Notes: generated by a model not told the origin, from the sequence alone. A stretch of DNA of 64,000 nt from Selaginella moellendorffii (GCF_000143415.4 NW_003314341.1:646394-710393), one strand, 5' to 3'. Positions 1 to 12,202 are shown, numbered from the stretch's first letter. Program-made: numbers and translations.

Positions 1-892
1 ATAATATACCAAATGTAGCATAAACTTCCCATATGGCCTTTTAGTGCTCTTAAAGGATTTGCAGTGAACTTGTGTATTTTTAATTTGAAATCCTGGGCTA
101 GACTTCTTCCTACAAATTTATATAACAAAAATCATCCACTAAAAACTTTTGGTCTAAAGAAACTGACATAAGCATGCTCTCAACAGTTAGCAAAAATAGG
201 TATATACCATGATACCCTATATTGGTAATCTGGTGGACTGATCCTAATGACCACTTACACTTACAGAGATGGCAATAAAAACAAAAAGAATGAAAATCTT
301 CCTGGTTGTTTCTTCACTGCAAAGAGAACAGAAACAAGGCTCTATATATTTTAAAGAGAAGAAGTTTTATCTAGAGCAATATGATACATATAAAGTTGCT
401 AATGAGTGATGGATGATTTGAAACTAGACATAAGAGTGGATCCAAACTTACCACTAGCCTAAACATACAAATGTAAAGTTGTGATCCTCTACTTCATAGT
501 TACCCACAAATACAATTTGGTGATATGTTCTTTCTAGGCAAGAGACTATAGCTGTGAAGTACATTAGAATTATTAAGTTTTGAGCTTAGCATAAAAGAAA
601 TAATTTGTTGTATGCAATGGTGCTTAGTTTGATTAATAATAGTGTTATTCCTCTTTAGTGTTATCTATTAATTTAATTGATCAATAAAAATAAACACAAG
701 ATTAAACTTACTGATTAGATGGTAGAATAAACTATTTATAAATTTTAAATACAAGATTAAGATAAATAAATATCAATTGTTAGATGGTAGAATATCCTAG
801 AATATCCAACATATTCTAGGTATATCCACTTTGCTTAAAATAGCATTAAGCACTTTGATCGAATATACTATTCTAAACATAATAATTGCAAC

Positions 893-1068
893 TGTGAGGG
901 CCAAGTGTACAGCTACAATGCCGTATACTAAAATTAGCATAGTGAGATTTTGGTAGGCATTGGATTAGTTTCAATCTGGACCACTCGCTCTTATATATAA
1001 ACTAGGGTTTTTGGGCTAATTGATATACACATTTTCTATATTCCCTTTTCATATTCCATGCACTCACA
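893..1068 (+). mobile_element. 5' LTR of older Ty3/gypsy copy A' (176 bp, TG...CA)
   Basis: TGTGAG...CTCACA termini; homologous to LTRs at 4772-4945, 25075-25249 and 32376-32549; followed by a degenerate PBS (TTAGTGGAAGTGAGGGGCAC) and ~60 bp of 5'UTR. Confidence 0.92.
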
Positions 1069-1138
1069 TTAGTGGAAGTGAGGGGCACCTTTGATTGTCC
1101 CTAAGGAGTGCTTGGATTTGGGATTTTGGTTTAGAAAC

Positions 1139-2281
1139 TATGAGACACAAAATCCCAAGGCCCCAAAGTGGAGCTAGAAAGGTGCCATGTGGTAGTGGCT
1201 GAAGCGAAAACCAAACGAGTGTAACACGTTTGGACTAAAAGCTCCGACTTGAAAGGTCGAGAGCGGAAGTGGAACTCCCAACTAAGTGCTCAAGGAACAA
1301 GCACGAAACAAGCAATAAGTGAGTCTCTAGAAAAGGGACACAAGAGGACAAACACATGACACGTGGCAGAGTCCAAGATGGATTCGAGATGGAGTCTGAG
1401 ATGGAGTCCGAGATGGACCGAGATGGAGTCTGAGATGGAGTCCGAGATGGACTGAGACGGAGTCTGAGATGGAGTTTGAGATGGACCCAAGATGGAATCC
1501 GAGATGGAGTCTGAAAAGGACCCCAGATGGAGTCCAAGGTTGAGACCGAGACCGGGACTGGGACCGAGACCGAGGCTGAGGCCAAGACCAAGCCCAAGCT
1601 TGAGCCGGAGTCCGAGCCCGAGCCTGAGTCCGAGTCCGAGTCCGAGTTTGAAGTTTGAGTTTGAGAGGGTGAAAGCCCAAAGCGTTCGTCTCCTAGACCC
1701 TGGGGGGTTTGGTGAGCTCCAAAAGTATAATAAGGGGGAGGACTTCAGTGGAGCCAGTTTGGCCAGGAAAGGCCAGTTTGGCCCAGGAAGGCTATACTCA
1801 GTGTTGGGTGATGAGCTGCCCATTAGGAAGTCCAAGACTAGAGTGAACACAGACCGACAAGTGGGGTAGCTTGGTGAAGTGTTCAAGAGCCGGCTCTAGT
1901 TCCCCCAGGAGATTGACTGGCCAATGCTCCCAATCCAAGTGTGGGTGGCACTACCTACTTGGATACCAGGCGTGGCTCAACGAAACCTCGCTCTAAGCAT
2001 ATGGCTAGAGCAGCCAAAGGTAGAAGGTGGGGAGAGTACCTAGGAGGCCTGCGTAGGGCCGTAGTGTTCCGAAATGTTATCCCAAAGTCTCAGATTGTGG
2101 AAAGGAAGAGGAGTAGCCCTTTGGTGTGGTGACCAAGGGCATAGTCACATCGTGGGGAAGTCCCAGAGGACCATGGGACTTAGTGGTCGGGCCTGTAGGC
2201 CTTGACCTAGTGGCAGTGTTGGCGAGCATGGCCATGGACAGAAAGGGACTTAGTGAGGACCGGAAAGGGGATATTGGGGAA
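1139..2281 (+). mobile_element. Left part of a family-B long LTR inserted in the 5'UTR of gypsy A'; cut by the inversion breakpoint
   Basis: Colinear with solo LTR 40992-~42020 (TGAGACACAAA...GGATATT); its remainder lies inverted at 29841-30204. Confidence 0.88.
1375..1660. repeat. Tandem 12-bp (GAGATGGAGTCY) and 6-bp (CCGAGT/CCGAGA) repeats inside LTR B
   Basis: Directly visible periodicity; a shorter degenerate version lies at ~41245-41415. Confidence 0.9.
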
Positions 2282-3741
2282 CCCTCACGAGAAATACAGT
2301 ACCCAAGATAAGTTGTGTCCTTGGACCCAAACACGCACTTCGACCGCTTCAGCTTTAAACCAACGTCGCGTAGCCGATCCAACACTTTACAAACATCACA
2401 AACATGCTCCTCCCACGTCCCCTCCGAGTGGATCAAGACATCATCAATGAAGTCAGCCGTCACCTCCGGCATATCACAAAGAACCTCGTCCATCATCCGC
2501 TGAAAAGTTGCTGGAGCATTGTTCAAACCAAACGGCATCACCAAAAACTCGTACAAACCAAATGGTGTACGAAAAGCAGTCTTAGGAATATCGTCTTCAG
2601 CCATCGGTACTTGCCAATACCCAGAAGCAAGATCTAGCTTGGTGAACCAACGACTTCGCCCCAGACGATCCAAGAGATCAGCAGTGTGAGGAAGAGGGTA
2701 CACGTCTGGGATCGTCACTTCATTTAACGGACGATAGTCGATGCAGAAACGAATACTCCCATCAGGCTTCGTCACAAGATGAGGTTCACATGCCCAAGGA
2801 CTCTGCGACTTCCGAATAACACCCTTCTCCAACATCTCCTTGACGTTTGCACGTAAAATCTTGATCTCCTTGGGTGACCGACGACGAACAGGAACCTTGA
2901 TTGGACGAGCATCCCCGGTTGGAATGGGATGACATGTGGCAATCTTGGCCCCAGACGATAGGTCAAATTCAAAGAGATCAGAATACTCCTTCATGAGCTG
3001 GTCAACAGCTGCAACACAAAGATCATCGGAGGGATCGGAAAAGGGAAGAGCAGAACAAGATGGAAACACAAGAGGAAATAATGGGGGAATAAAAGTAATG
3101 GAAGCAGAGCTAGAAGTAGAGGGACGAAGAGGTACAGAAGTGAGAGGAATGGATGAAACATAAGGAAGTATGAGACAAGGGGGAAAAGCCTCAAAGTCAC
3201 ACTTGGCATGATTGTGCTGCAACCAATCCATACCAAGAATGAGGTCAAAAGCTTGACTCGGCACCACCCGCAACGACTGCAACTCAAGCTCGAGATCGCC
3301 CACACGCATAACCAGGTCCGCCTCATCTCGTGCACATGCATGTGTATGGCCGTTGCCATAAAGAATGAAAACTGGATCTGCCGCACGACGCAAGTGTAGA
3401 TGACAACGTGTGGCAACAGGTCGAGCAATAGAAGATAAACTCGAACCTGTATCAACCAACACAGAGAGAAGAATAGGAGACCTCTTGTTATAAAAACGAG
3501 CTTGGAAAGTAAACACTGGATGAACCGGTGCCGAGTGAACCCCTTGATGATACTCCCAAAAGAAAGATGGAGGGGTCACTAACTTATTCGCGCAAGGTCC
3601 CTCCATTACTCGCGTGACTCCTCGTTTCCCGAATGCACCTCGGTATCCAAACCTTCCACCACAGCAGCACCAATGGGACGTTGCTGACGCCAAGGTCTCC
3701 ACCCAGGAAATGGAGGTCGCCAATCCGGAAAGCACCGACAA
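2282..3741 (-). CDS. pol: Gypsy A pol, 5' part (aspartic protease + reverse transcriptase), -1 frame relative to gag, truncated at inversion breakpoint
   Basis: Protease LVDTGSS; RT motifs RFCIDYRPLN, KLDLASGYWQ, MPFGL, FIDDVLI, KCVFG...YLGY; homology stops at ISREG. Confidence 0.93.
3569..3630 (-). promoter_or_regulatory. Putative -1 programmed ribosomal frameshift signal (G_GGA_AAC + H-type pseudoknot)
   Basis: Heptamer at 3624-3630 in the correct phase just before the gag stop; pol is in the -1 frame; stems CGCGAG/CUUGCG and GGAGGG/CCCUCC downstream. Confidence 0.75.
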
Positions 3742-4538
3742 CGCTGATAAGTATGACCAACTTCATCACACGCCCAGCAACGAACGTCACGGCCACGACC
3801 ACGTCCTCGCCCTTGTCCTTGGACTCGAGTAGCAGCAGCATCAACCTCCATGGGAACAGGACCATCACTAATAGGAAGTGGAGCTGAAGGACGTGTAGCA
3901 AGAAGTGGAAGAGACGACGTCTCATAACGTTGTGCCAAGCGAAGAGCATCGTCAAGAGTGGCAGGAGCAAGTGCATGCACAAGTCCGACAAGATCTTGAC
4001 GAAGTGCTGGCCACAGCATTCCTAGCTTGATCCGCTCCGACATATTTGGCTCCGCACGAAGCAAAAGACTTCGGAAACGAATGCCAAATTGCATCACCGA
4101 CTCAGATGGCCCTTGGCGAAGACGATGCAATTGTTGGAAGGCATCATCACAATTGTCGGCGTGTCCGAAGGCGCATTTGAAGATGTCCGGAAGAACACTC
4201 CAATCGCCACGAGTAGCTGCGCTCAATCCATTGTACCACTGCAATGCCGTCTCTTGAAGACATGTGGGGAACTCACGCAAATGTCGAGCATCATCCCAAG
4301 AATGATATGTGGCAATCACCGTGAAGTGATCGAACCAATGGTACACATCATCCCCAGGATTCCCACGAAAGAACTCCGGCTGAACGCGAGGATTGGCACC
4401 AAAAGTAGGAGGAGTTGTACCATGTGCCGTGAATGCCGCCATCAACTGAGTTTGGTTGTTCAATTGCAAGCGCATAGCATCAAGCAATTGAACCAACTGC
4501 TGCTCTAGAGTCAAAGGAGGAGATTGCGGATCAGCCAT
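3606..4538 (-). CDS. gag: Gypsy A Gag with CCHC zinc knuckle
   Basis: Intact 310-aa ORF; retrotransposon gag motifs (LRQGPSESV), PVPMEVD, RGRGRGR, CWACDEVGHTYQRC. Confidence 0.93.
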   Translation of the reverse strand: MADPQSPPLTLEQQLVQLLDAMRLQLNNQTQLMAAFTAHGTTPPTFGANPRVQPEFFRGNPGDDVYHWFDHFTVIATYHSWDDARHLREFPTCLQETALQWYNGLSAATRGDWSVLPDIFKCAFGHADNCDDAFQQLHRLRQGPSESVMQFGIRFRSLLLRAEPNMSERIKLGMLWPALRQDLVGLVHALAPATLDDALRLAQRYETSSLPLLATRPSAPLPISDGPVPMEVDAAATRVQGQGRGRGRGRDVRCWACDEVGHTYQRCRCFPDWRPPFPGWRPWRQQRPIGAAVVEGLDTEVHSGNEESRE

Positions 4539-4751
4539 GAAAATGAATGAGAAAGAAAGAGCAAAAGAAGAGAAATGACAAAAAGCTGGAAAGAAATGGT
4601 AGATCTAGACAATGCAAAAAGCTAGATCTAAACCAAAATCCTGAAAGAAAAGAACAAAAGAAAGGAAATGGAAAAAACTAGATCTAGACAATGCAAAAGC
4701 TAGATCTAAACTGAAATCCCAAATCCAAACACTCCCCAGGGACAATCAAAA

Positions 4752-4770
4752 GTGCCCCTCATCTCCACCA
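4752..4770 (-). promoter_or_regulatory. Primer binding site complementary to tRNA-Ala 3' end
   Basis: TGGTGGAGATGAGGGG 1 nt after the LTR; complements plant tRNA-Ala ...CCCCGCATCTCCACCA with one mismatch. Confidence 0.8.
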
Positions 4771-4771
4771 A

Positions 4772-4945
4772 TGTGAATGCATGGAATATGGAAAGGGAAT
4801 ACAGAAATGTGCATATCAATTAGCCCAAAAACCCTAGCTTATATACTGGAGCGAGTGGTCCGGATTGAAACCAATCCGACGGCTACCAAAATCCACTACG
4901 CTAATATTAGTATATGGCATCGTAGCCGTACACTTGGCCCTCACA
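4772..4945 (-). mobile_element. 5' LTR of young gypsy copy A (174 bp)
   Basis: 3 mismatches (by eye) to 3' LTR at 32376-32549; flanking AACA repeated after the 3' LTR. Confidence 0.95.
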
Positions 4946-5329
4946 TGTTTATAATTACTAACTTCCATTTGATCAATTAGATTAATAAATAGGAATAATA
5001 CTACTATTAAGTAAACTAAGCATTGCTGCATGCAACATGCAGCAAATTATTGAATTAGTTTTATGATGTTCACATTTATTTTTAGAATTAAGTTTTTCCA
5101 AAATTATGATCATTTTTACCCTTTTTCTTTATCATTGTAACTCCACAAGAAACACACTTAAAACAAACTCTAAGGAAAAGAAGACTAAGATATATATCTT
5201 ATACTTGCAGCCTTGCCATTGCTGTGCCACTAGTACTAGCACAATCACCCCTAATCACTTGTATTTCCTGCTCAGAACTTCCAGTCCCTAGCTGAATGTC
5301 AATAATCAATTCAAGAAGAAAGAAAATAG

Positions 5330-6410
5330 AAAAGCTCATCCACAATGATCCGAACTATATCCAACTTTGCGATCCCTGGAAGTTTTCTCACTCATCATTG
5401 AGACCTTGTCCCTCCTCCCGATCGACGAGTACATGTTTGAGAGAACGAGGCAGGCAGTCGTGTAGCCGGGCTCCAGCTCGAAGACAACTCTCTCAGCACA
5501 ATTGGCATGCCAGTGGAGGCGGCAAGCTCCCAGCAGCGACATCCAGATCATGACGTCTGGAAGGAATGACACTCAGAGTTCTCCCGGATTGATGCAGGAT
5601 GTCGATCATGCAGCAATATATAGTGTTCTCACCATCCCAAAGGCTTGGCTGATCAAGACGAAGTGTTCCCAGATCGGCTATGAGGATATGACTGCACGAA
5701 GTTAGAACGCTCCAGAACGTCGTCTGTCATAAGCTGGAAGAATTCCACTGCTCGATTATAGTGCCTGTTTTGAGAATTAGCCCACACCATGGTCGTCCAG
5801 GAAACCAAGGTGCACTCTTGCTACTGGGGGCGCCAAGATCACCCAAGTTAACGTAAAGGTGTGTGAGAGCTGTCCAGCAGACAATGGTCTTGCACGGGAT
5901 CTCGTGAAAGAACCTCGCCTCGTTAAAATGCCCATTTTCACAAATGCGAAGAGCATCACTCTCCACGAGACTGGATTCTTCTCCGGATTTGATCGAAGAT
6001 GTTCTTCCCGAGGGCGAAGAAGCCTTGGTGGCCGTAAGCTTGCACCATCGCTGTCCATGCCATCACGTCTTGATCCGGCATGGAATCAAATATCTCTTTT
6101 GCGGTGGCAAATCCCCCTTCTGGGCATTCACTAGTGCGTACCGCTGCGTTGGTGAAGGGGAGCTGATAACGTCCTGTCATTCTGGGCATAGAACAGCAGT
6201 AGATTCACCCACGACATGAGATCCTTGGCCGGCATTTTTTCGAAGGACAATTTTGCTGCCTCGATTTGCCCCCAGTGTGCGATCATCGAGATGGCCTGCC
6301 ACTCTGGGACATCTGGGATGCTGCCACATACGCAGCGATCATCGCGTTCCAAGAGACGATCACGGAACTCCATCCCACCAAACATGTTCTTAGCAAACTT
6401 TCTATGCATT
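5330..6410 (-). pseudogene. Fragmented PLS/E-class PPR gene
   Basis: AKEIFDSMPDQDVMAWTAMVQAY, FEKMPAKDLMSW; E domain PDVMIWMSLLGACRLH...VLSNMY; many frameshifts. Confidence 0.85.
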
Positions 6411-6439
6411 TTTGAGCAAGCAAAACTTTCCTGCCCTTA

Positions 6440-6580
6440 GTTAGGCACAACCACAACCAAGCCAGAGCTGGCTGGCTGGCTGGCCACAGCTATAGCCAAG
6501 CAAGGGTTAGCCACGGCACAACCAGGGCTGGCTACGGCCACGGCCAGAGCCAGAGCTGGCTGGCCATGGCCACGTAGCTT
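6440..6580. repeat. Low-complexity GGCT/GCCACGGCCAGAGC repeats, probably a TE subterminal remnant
   Basis: Visible short tandem motifs; loosely similar motifs at ~10940-11170. Confidence 0.45.
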
Positions 6581-7079
6581 GAGACTCATCTTGATGCTTG
6601 TTCTTCGCAATAATAAAAGAAAAAAGTTTTAAGAAAATTGGAGCAAGGAAAAACAAAATCGAGGTTGGAGTGTGAGATAAACTTTCAAAACAAAAAGCTT
6701 CTGAAACTTCTCTAAAAGGTTCCAAGTCGTGTTTTCTTGGCAGCAGTCTTTCGGTGTGGCATAGCCTCTCAGATCAAAACAGCACAATGCATGTGATGCT
6801 TGCGTGCCTTCGCGCCATGAAAATCCACACATGATATTTCTAGTTTCCAAAGAGAAGATCGATCACCACTTACAGACGGCTGGACGCCAGAAGTCTCGTA
6901 GTAAATACCGAGACTTTGAGTTAGCCATTGGAGATGGGAGCAAACAAAGCTCGACCGGGAAAAAGAAGTTCGCTGGTTGCTGCGGCAACCGGAGCAAAAC
7001 TTTGCGTCGATGGGCCGCAAACCTGGATTAGAGCGACGGATCATCAAATTCAAGCACTGGATCCCCAATCGCCCCTTTA

Positions 7080-8700
7080 CTACTGGCTAAATCTCTCCAT
7101 CGTTTGTTTGCTGAACATATTACAAGATCGGAAGGCCGAGCTCGGAAAGTCGTTAGTCAAGTCGAATATTGATTTGCAGTGGCTTAGGAATCTATTCTCT
7201 GGACGCTCCATAAATCTTACGGCGCAACCTTGGTAATATCTTCCACACACATCTGCAAGCAACACAAGCGTTGCAGCATAATCATCCTCCCCCAGGAGTG
7301 GCAAAGAGAATCTCTCCTCCTCCACAATCTTTCGAGTCACCTTAGCCTTGGAGCACGCATTGACGAGTGTGTTTCATGCCGCGGATCCAGCAAAGAAGGG
7401 CATGCTTTCCAGGAGCTGGTCCGCATCCTTCACCAGTCCAGACTGGCCAACCATGTCCACAACGCAGCAGTAGTGCTGGAATGTTGGACGGATGCCCATG
7501 GACAACAAACATTCCCTGCCGGCTCCCAGCAGGCCAATGTGGTTGCAAGAGTCTTGTCGTTGCTCTTGACGCCCTCGAGATCCATGACCCGAAACAACCC
7601 AAGCGTATCACTCCCATGCCCGCTTTGGGCATGTGTGGATAAAAACATTCTACGACACCACATTTTTGTGTGGCATCAGGAAAAACTTGTCTTGCGCTTC
7701 CTGGTGATCACCACATGCCACTGATGCCGTGACAATGAAGTTCCACGACACCAGATTGTGCTGTGGCATCTTTCCAAAAGACTCTTTCCATTCCGAAAAA
7801 TACCAACCTTGGGCATATGCCGCGACGACAGTATTCCAAGATACTACGTTCTTCTGTGGTGCCATCTCAAACTCACAAAAAACTTTTCTCGGCCTCCCAT
7901 TTATAGCGTAAGCTGCGACCATAGCCGTCCACGTCACCATGTTTTGGTCGAGGATTGACTCAAACAGACCTGTTCTAGATACCCATTCGGGGCAAGTGCT
8001 CTAAGCATCGTGGTTGAGGTGACAATGTTTGGCTCGAAAGTTTGATCATAGATTCTCTTGGCTCTTTGGATATCGCCAGAGATACCATAGCCAGAGATCA
8101 TGACCGTCGAGCACATTGGATCTTTCCTGGGAAGTGTCTGGAAGAACTTCTTAGCGCGATCCATTTGCCCCGTTTGGGCGAGAGCCTGGATCATGATGCT
8201 CCAGGTGACGAGGGGGAATCGCAGCAGCAGCTCGTCCGATTGGGCAATCAATCCATTCTGGGCGTAAGCGGAGCATCGCGTTCTACGACACCACGTCCGG
8301 TCTCTCCATCAAATCAAACATGGCCTTGGAACGCAGTCCGATCGCGGTGAACAGTGATCTTGCCGAGATGCCCGTTTAGCACGAACCCCACCATCACCGC
8401 CGTGAAGGCGACGAAGCTTGGCGGCTGGGGCGATCGATCCAGTAAGGCCTTGGCTTCCAGCAAATACCCCCTCTGGGCATACGCGAAGACGATCATGTTC
8501 CAGGAGAATCGATTGGGCTGCTCGATGCGATCAAACACCGCCCTCGCCTTGCCCAGGCTCCAGCACTTGGAGTAGAGATCGATGAGGAGATTGGCGAGGT
8601 AGCGATTCTAGGAGTGATCTGGGGAGCGAAGAATGTGAGCATGGATGTCTCTGCCCTTGGCAATGTCACGCGCGGCGGCGCAGGATTTAAGGACCTGGGC
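7080..8700 (-). pseudogene. Fragmented PLS-class PPR gene
   Basis: VFDRIEQPNRFSWN, VTWTAMVAAYAING, NVVSWNTVVAAYAQ, HAQSGHG...MDLEGV across several frames. Confidence 0.85.
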
Positions 8701-11264
8701 GATGGATTGCGCATCGGGTGGGAGCTCGCAACCGTGGGACGACGGCTTCGTGGCGCCGCCTCATAGCATCTGGTATGCATTGCCCCCTCTCCTTCACCTT
8801 GTGGGTGTGACTTGAAATTTGATGGAGTTTTTAAAATCTTTGGTCTTGTTGCTGCTAGGAACAACCATCAAACTTGGACCTTGATGAAATCTCAAGCTCC
8901 CCAGGATTTGAAAGAACAGAGAAGTACCTCCAGACTTGGGCTCTTAAACTTTGCTGCTAATCAAAAGCGTGCCTGGGTCAATTTAAACTTCAATGCTCAA
9001 ACAAGCCATGCAGCGAACCCTGTTTCTCAAAAGAAGAAAAGGTAGTTTACCTTTGTCCATTCCAGGGATTCTTCCAAACTTAATGGTGAAATCTTCATTT
9101 TATAATAGTTTCTTTGACAGCCAGAAAGGACGATAGCCTTATAAAACATTCCCACAAGCCAAAGAATTTACACCCACAAAACAAGAAATGAGAGAAAGCT
9201 TGCACCGGCAGATAAGATATACGTTAAGAAGTAATTAGTGTCCAATTTGGACGGGAACCTGATGGCTGGATATCTGCTAGAATAAGGAAACATATTGGCA
9301 AGGTCACAGGTTCGAATCCACAGCTAGAGACCCAACCAATTTTTTTTGTATGAATAAGCACTAAGCTCGGTGTGCTTGTTGATGCTCCTAGTCCAAGCAT
9401 GGGTTACTTGAATACCTAACATGGCTCAACCGAACCTCACTTTAAGCCAAGAGTGAGTTCTTCTGCCTGCAGTCATCTCGGGATGATGGGCAAAGCCAAG
9501 AGCTAAGACTACAACATCTCTGCGATCATGGAGCACTTAAGATGCTTGGGAAGCTAAGTGAAGCTAGACGAGGTAGAGTTCTAGCGTGGAGCCAAATTTC
9601 AGCGCTTGAGAATGAAAGAGTGGGGAAGAGTGTAGCTCCAACCATTCTTCTCAATGCCTGTCGAATACACGGCAAGGAGTGTCCGAGCTGCAACCGAGTG
9701 CCTCAATTGGGAGCCGAATGAGGCTCGAATGTGCTCTTGGCACAAGTGATCCAGGCCAGGCCAGCAGCGACGACTAGTGCGTGGATCTCCAGTCTCCAGA
9801 TGTGCCTCTTCCTCCTCCAGCGGCGCTTGGGACTTCTTCGCCGTCATCGAGAGCTTAAGATCATTCCCCTTCCCTACGTAGAAGACCCGGACTCTGGCCG
9901 CCGCAGGACGATGGGGTCATGGGCCCGAAGAACTGGATTTCGGGGGAACATGTTTGACGAGAGCGGTGCCGGCACCATCAGCGACACGGATGTGAGCAAT
10001 GCTCATGGTCAAGGCCCCCAATTCGGCTGATCTTAGTGGCGGTACTGCGCCTAGGACGACGGTGGAAAATGGGAGCGCTCTCAAGAATAAGTTTACACTC
10101 CTCCTGTGAGCTCAAAGAGAGGGGCTGGAGGGATTGACTCGGAGAATGTGAGCGGTGTCCAGCAAAGCAGTGGCCAGCTTTGTGGACACTATAGAGACTC
10201 ATGTAACCTCCAACGTAAGTACAAGCAATCCAAACAATGGAGAAGTAGCCATACAAAATTAACAGAACGGCAAGTACAAGTTAGTGGAGTACATGATCAG
10301 CAAAGAAAAAAGAAATGAATCCGAAACCTAGCCCCAGAGTGGCTTAAGGTTTTGAAACTTAAATTTTACTTCACTACCCTTGGACATGTGGTTTGGTTTT
10401 TCTAGTAAATCACTATAGGATAAAAACCATGTGCATTACACTTTTGTTAATGTATTTATGAATATTATTCCTCCTCAATCAAATAGTGTTCAAACAATTT
10501 TATTTGGAATAGATTCTCTAAGATAAGGGTCTTGTATTTATAAATGAGGTATTCACATCTTGATATCTCAACTAAGAATACATCACACTTTATCATCCAT
10601 AAATAAATTAATTGTTATGAGCTTCAAGGAGAAGTATATAAACTTTAAACATTTGGATTGGGATGACTTTTAAGTATGTATATGTCATAAGGGTGTAGAG
10701 TTCAATTAGTGCTTCATTATGTAAATTTTTTATATGGTCATGATTCTATATTACTAATGAAATTAATTTACCTTCACAATTGCCATAAGCTATTAATGTT
10801 ATATCTTGGGATCAAGTATTCTTCTATTGGTTTTCTGAACACTTGGGTTAAACAACAATAACACTATAACAAATGTTAATTGATTTTCCTCATTGGCACC
10901 AATATAACTTGCCAACACAAAGTCACAATAGCTAACATGGCCATGATTCAAGGTGGATGCTCCATAGGCTTGGACCACATCCAAATACATTGGCTATGGC
11001 TATGGCCATGGCTGTAATAGCTAAGCTAGGTAGGTGTTTGATCTATTTAAATTGTTTTATTTCTTAGATTTTTATTCTAGTGCCTGCACTAGCCATTGTT
11101 GCTCCAGCAGCCAATGCTACAAAGTGCCAATATGGCCATGATTGCACCTGTGGTGATGCCATGGCTATTACATCATCCACAAAGCTATGTGCTTTGGAAA
11201 TTTTGCCTTCTAAGTTATTTTCTAGTCAATGTTTTGGCACAGCTTCGTGGTGGGGGATCTTTCG

Positions 11265-11542
11265 CATCCTCGCAGCAAAGACATCGTCGTGGATCCAGCT
11301 CCAGTTCGCTGGTGAGAGAAATACGAGATGCTGGCTACGTTCCCAACATGAAGGAGATCTTGCACGACGTTGGGGAGGAGCAAAAGGAGGAGCTGCTGCA
11401 CTACCACCACAAGAAGATGACTGTAGTTTTTGGATTGACAGAACAAGAGTCGCTGCTGAGGGTGTGTGGGGACTGCCACTCGGTTATGGTAGGACGACTG
11501 TGAGAGACATTAGCTGGTTCCATCACTGACGGAGATTACTGA
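11265..11542 (+). pseudogene. DYW deaminase domain remnant of a PPR editing factor
   Basis: GYVP...LHDV.EEQKE..L.YH, LRVCGDCH, ends GDY*; catalytic HSE degenerate (HHK). Confidence 0.8.
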
Positions 11543-11729
11543 CCAGTGAGTTTACTCGGCTCGTTTTGAGAGATTGATGCTGAGGGGAGGAGCTGATGAG
11601 CAATTTTCCAGCGGTGAGGTAGTTTCTTCTTTGCTTTCTGGTTGCTTCATCGTGGCTATTTTATTCTCTTGTAGCCGACAAACTTGCATAGAATCCAAAA
11701 AAAGAAATTTATAAATGGGAGGGACAATC

Positions 11730-12202
11730 TCAAACAAAGTTGGACCTTCGCGTTGGTTCATCTGCCAATGGACCAATCCGCGAGGAATCACCATGACTTC
11801 TCCCCTGTTCATCACTTGAGCAAACAGGTGATTGTCCTCTGTGACGATGGCGGTGTAGACGGTCCCTTCTTCTATGTAGACCATCTCCTAGGCTCTGGGA
11901 TGGGTGTGGGGAGGGATGATTCCTTCGGGGAGAAATTCAAGCCTAGCTATAGGGAGGCCTGGGAATCTCAGCACGGTTCCAAAGATTGCGCCGGAGTGAT
12001 TGATGTTTGTGGTGTTGGAGGAATTGACGATTCCACTGTAGATGAAATTGTCCACCGTGATTGTGGACGAGTTCCTGCATGGGAATCCATTGATCCTGGG
12101 AACAACGTTGAGATCTCCGATACAAAAGTCCTGGAGAAGATCTGGATCGGACGAAATTATCGTGCACACGAAGAATGCAAGCAAAGCAACTGAGAGATCA
12201 TG
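11730..12202 (-). pseudogene. Germin-like protein pseudogene, 5' end interrupted by the DNA transposon
   Basis: SDPDLLQDFC, NGFPC, PPHTHPRA*E (in-frame stop at 11888), GEVMVIPRGLVHWQMN. Confidence 0.88.

Noticed and set aside
1235-1886. Several 117-198 aa ORFs (Ser/Pro/Leu-Gly repeats)
   Set aside because: Products of tandem repeats inside LTR B
893-4945. Single element with inverted LTRs (DIRS-like)
   Set aside because: The two LTRs belong to different copies (A' and A) juxtaposed by the inversion; each has its own PBS and TSD partner
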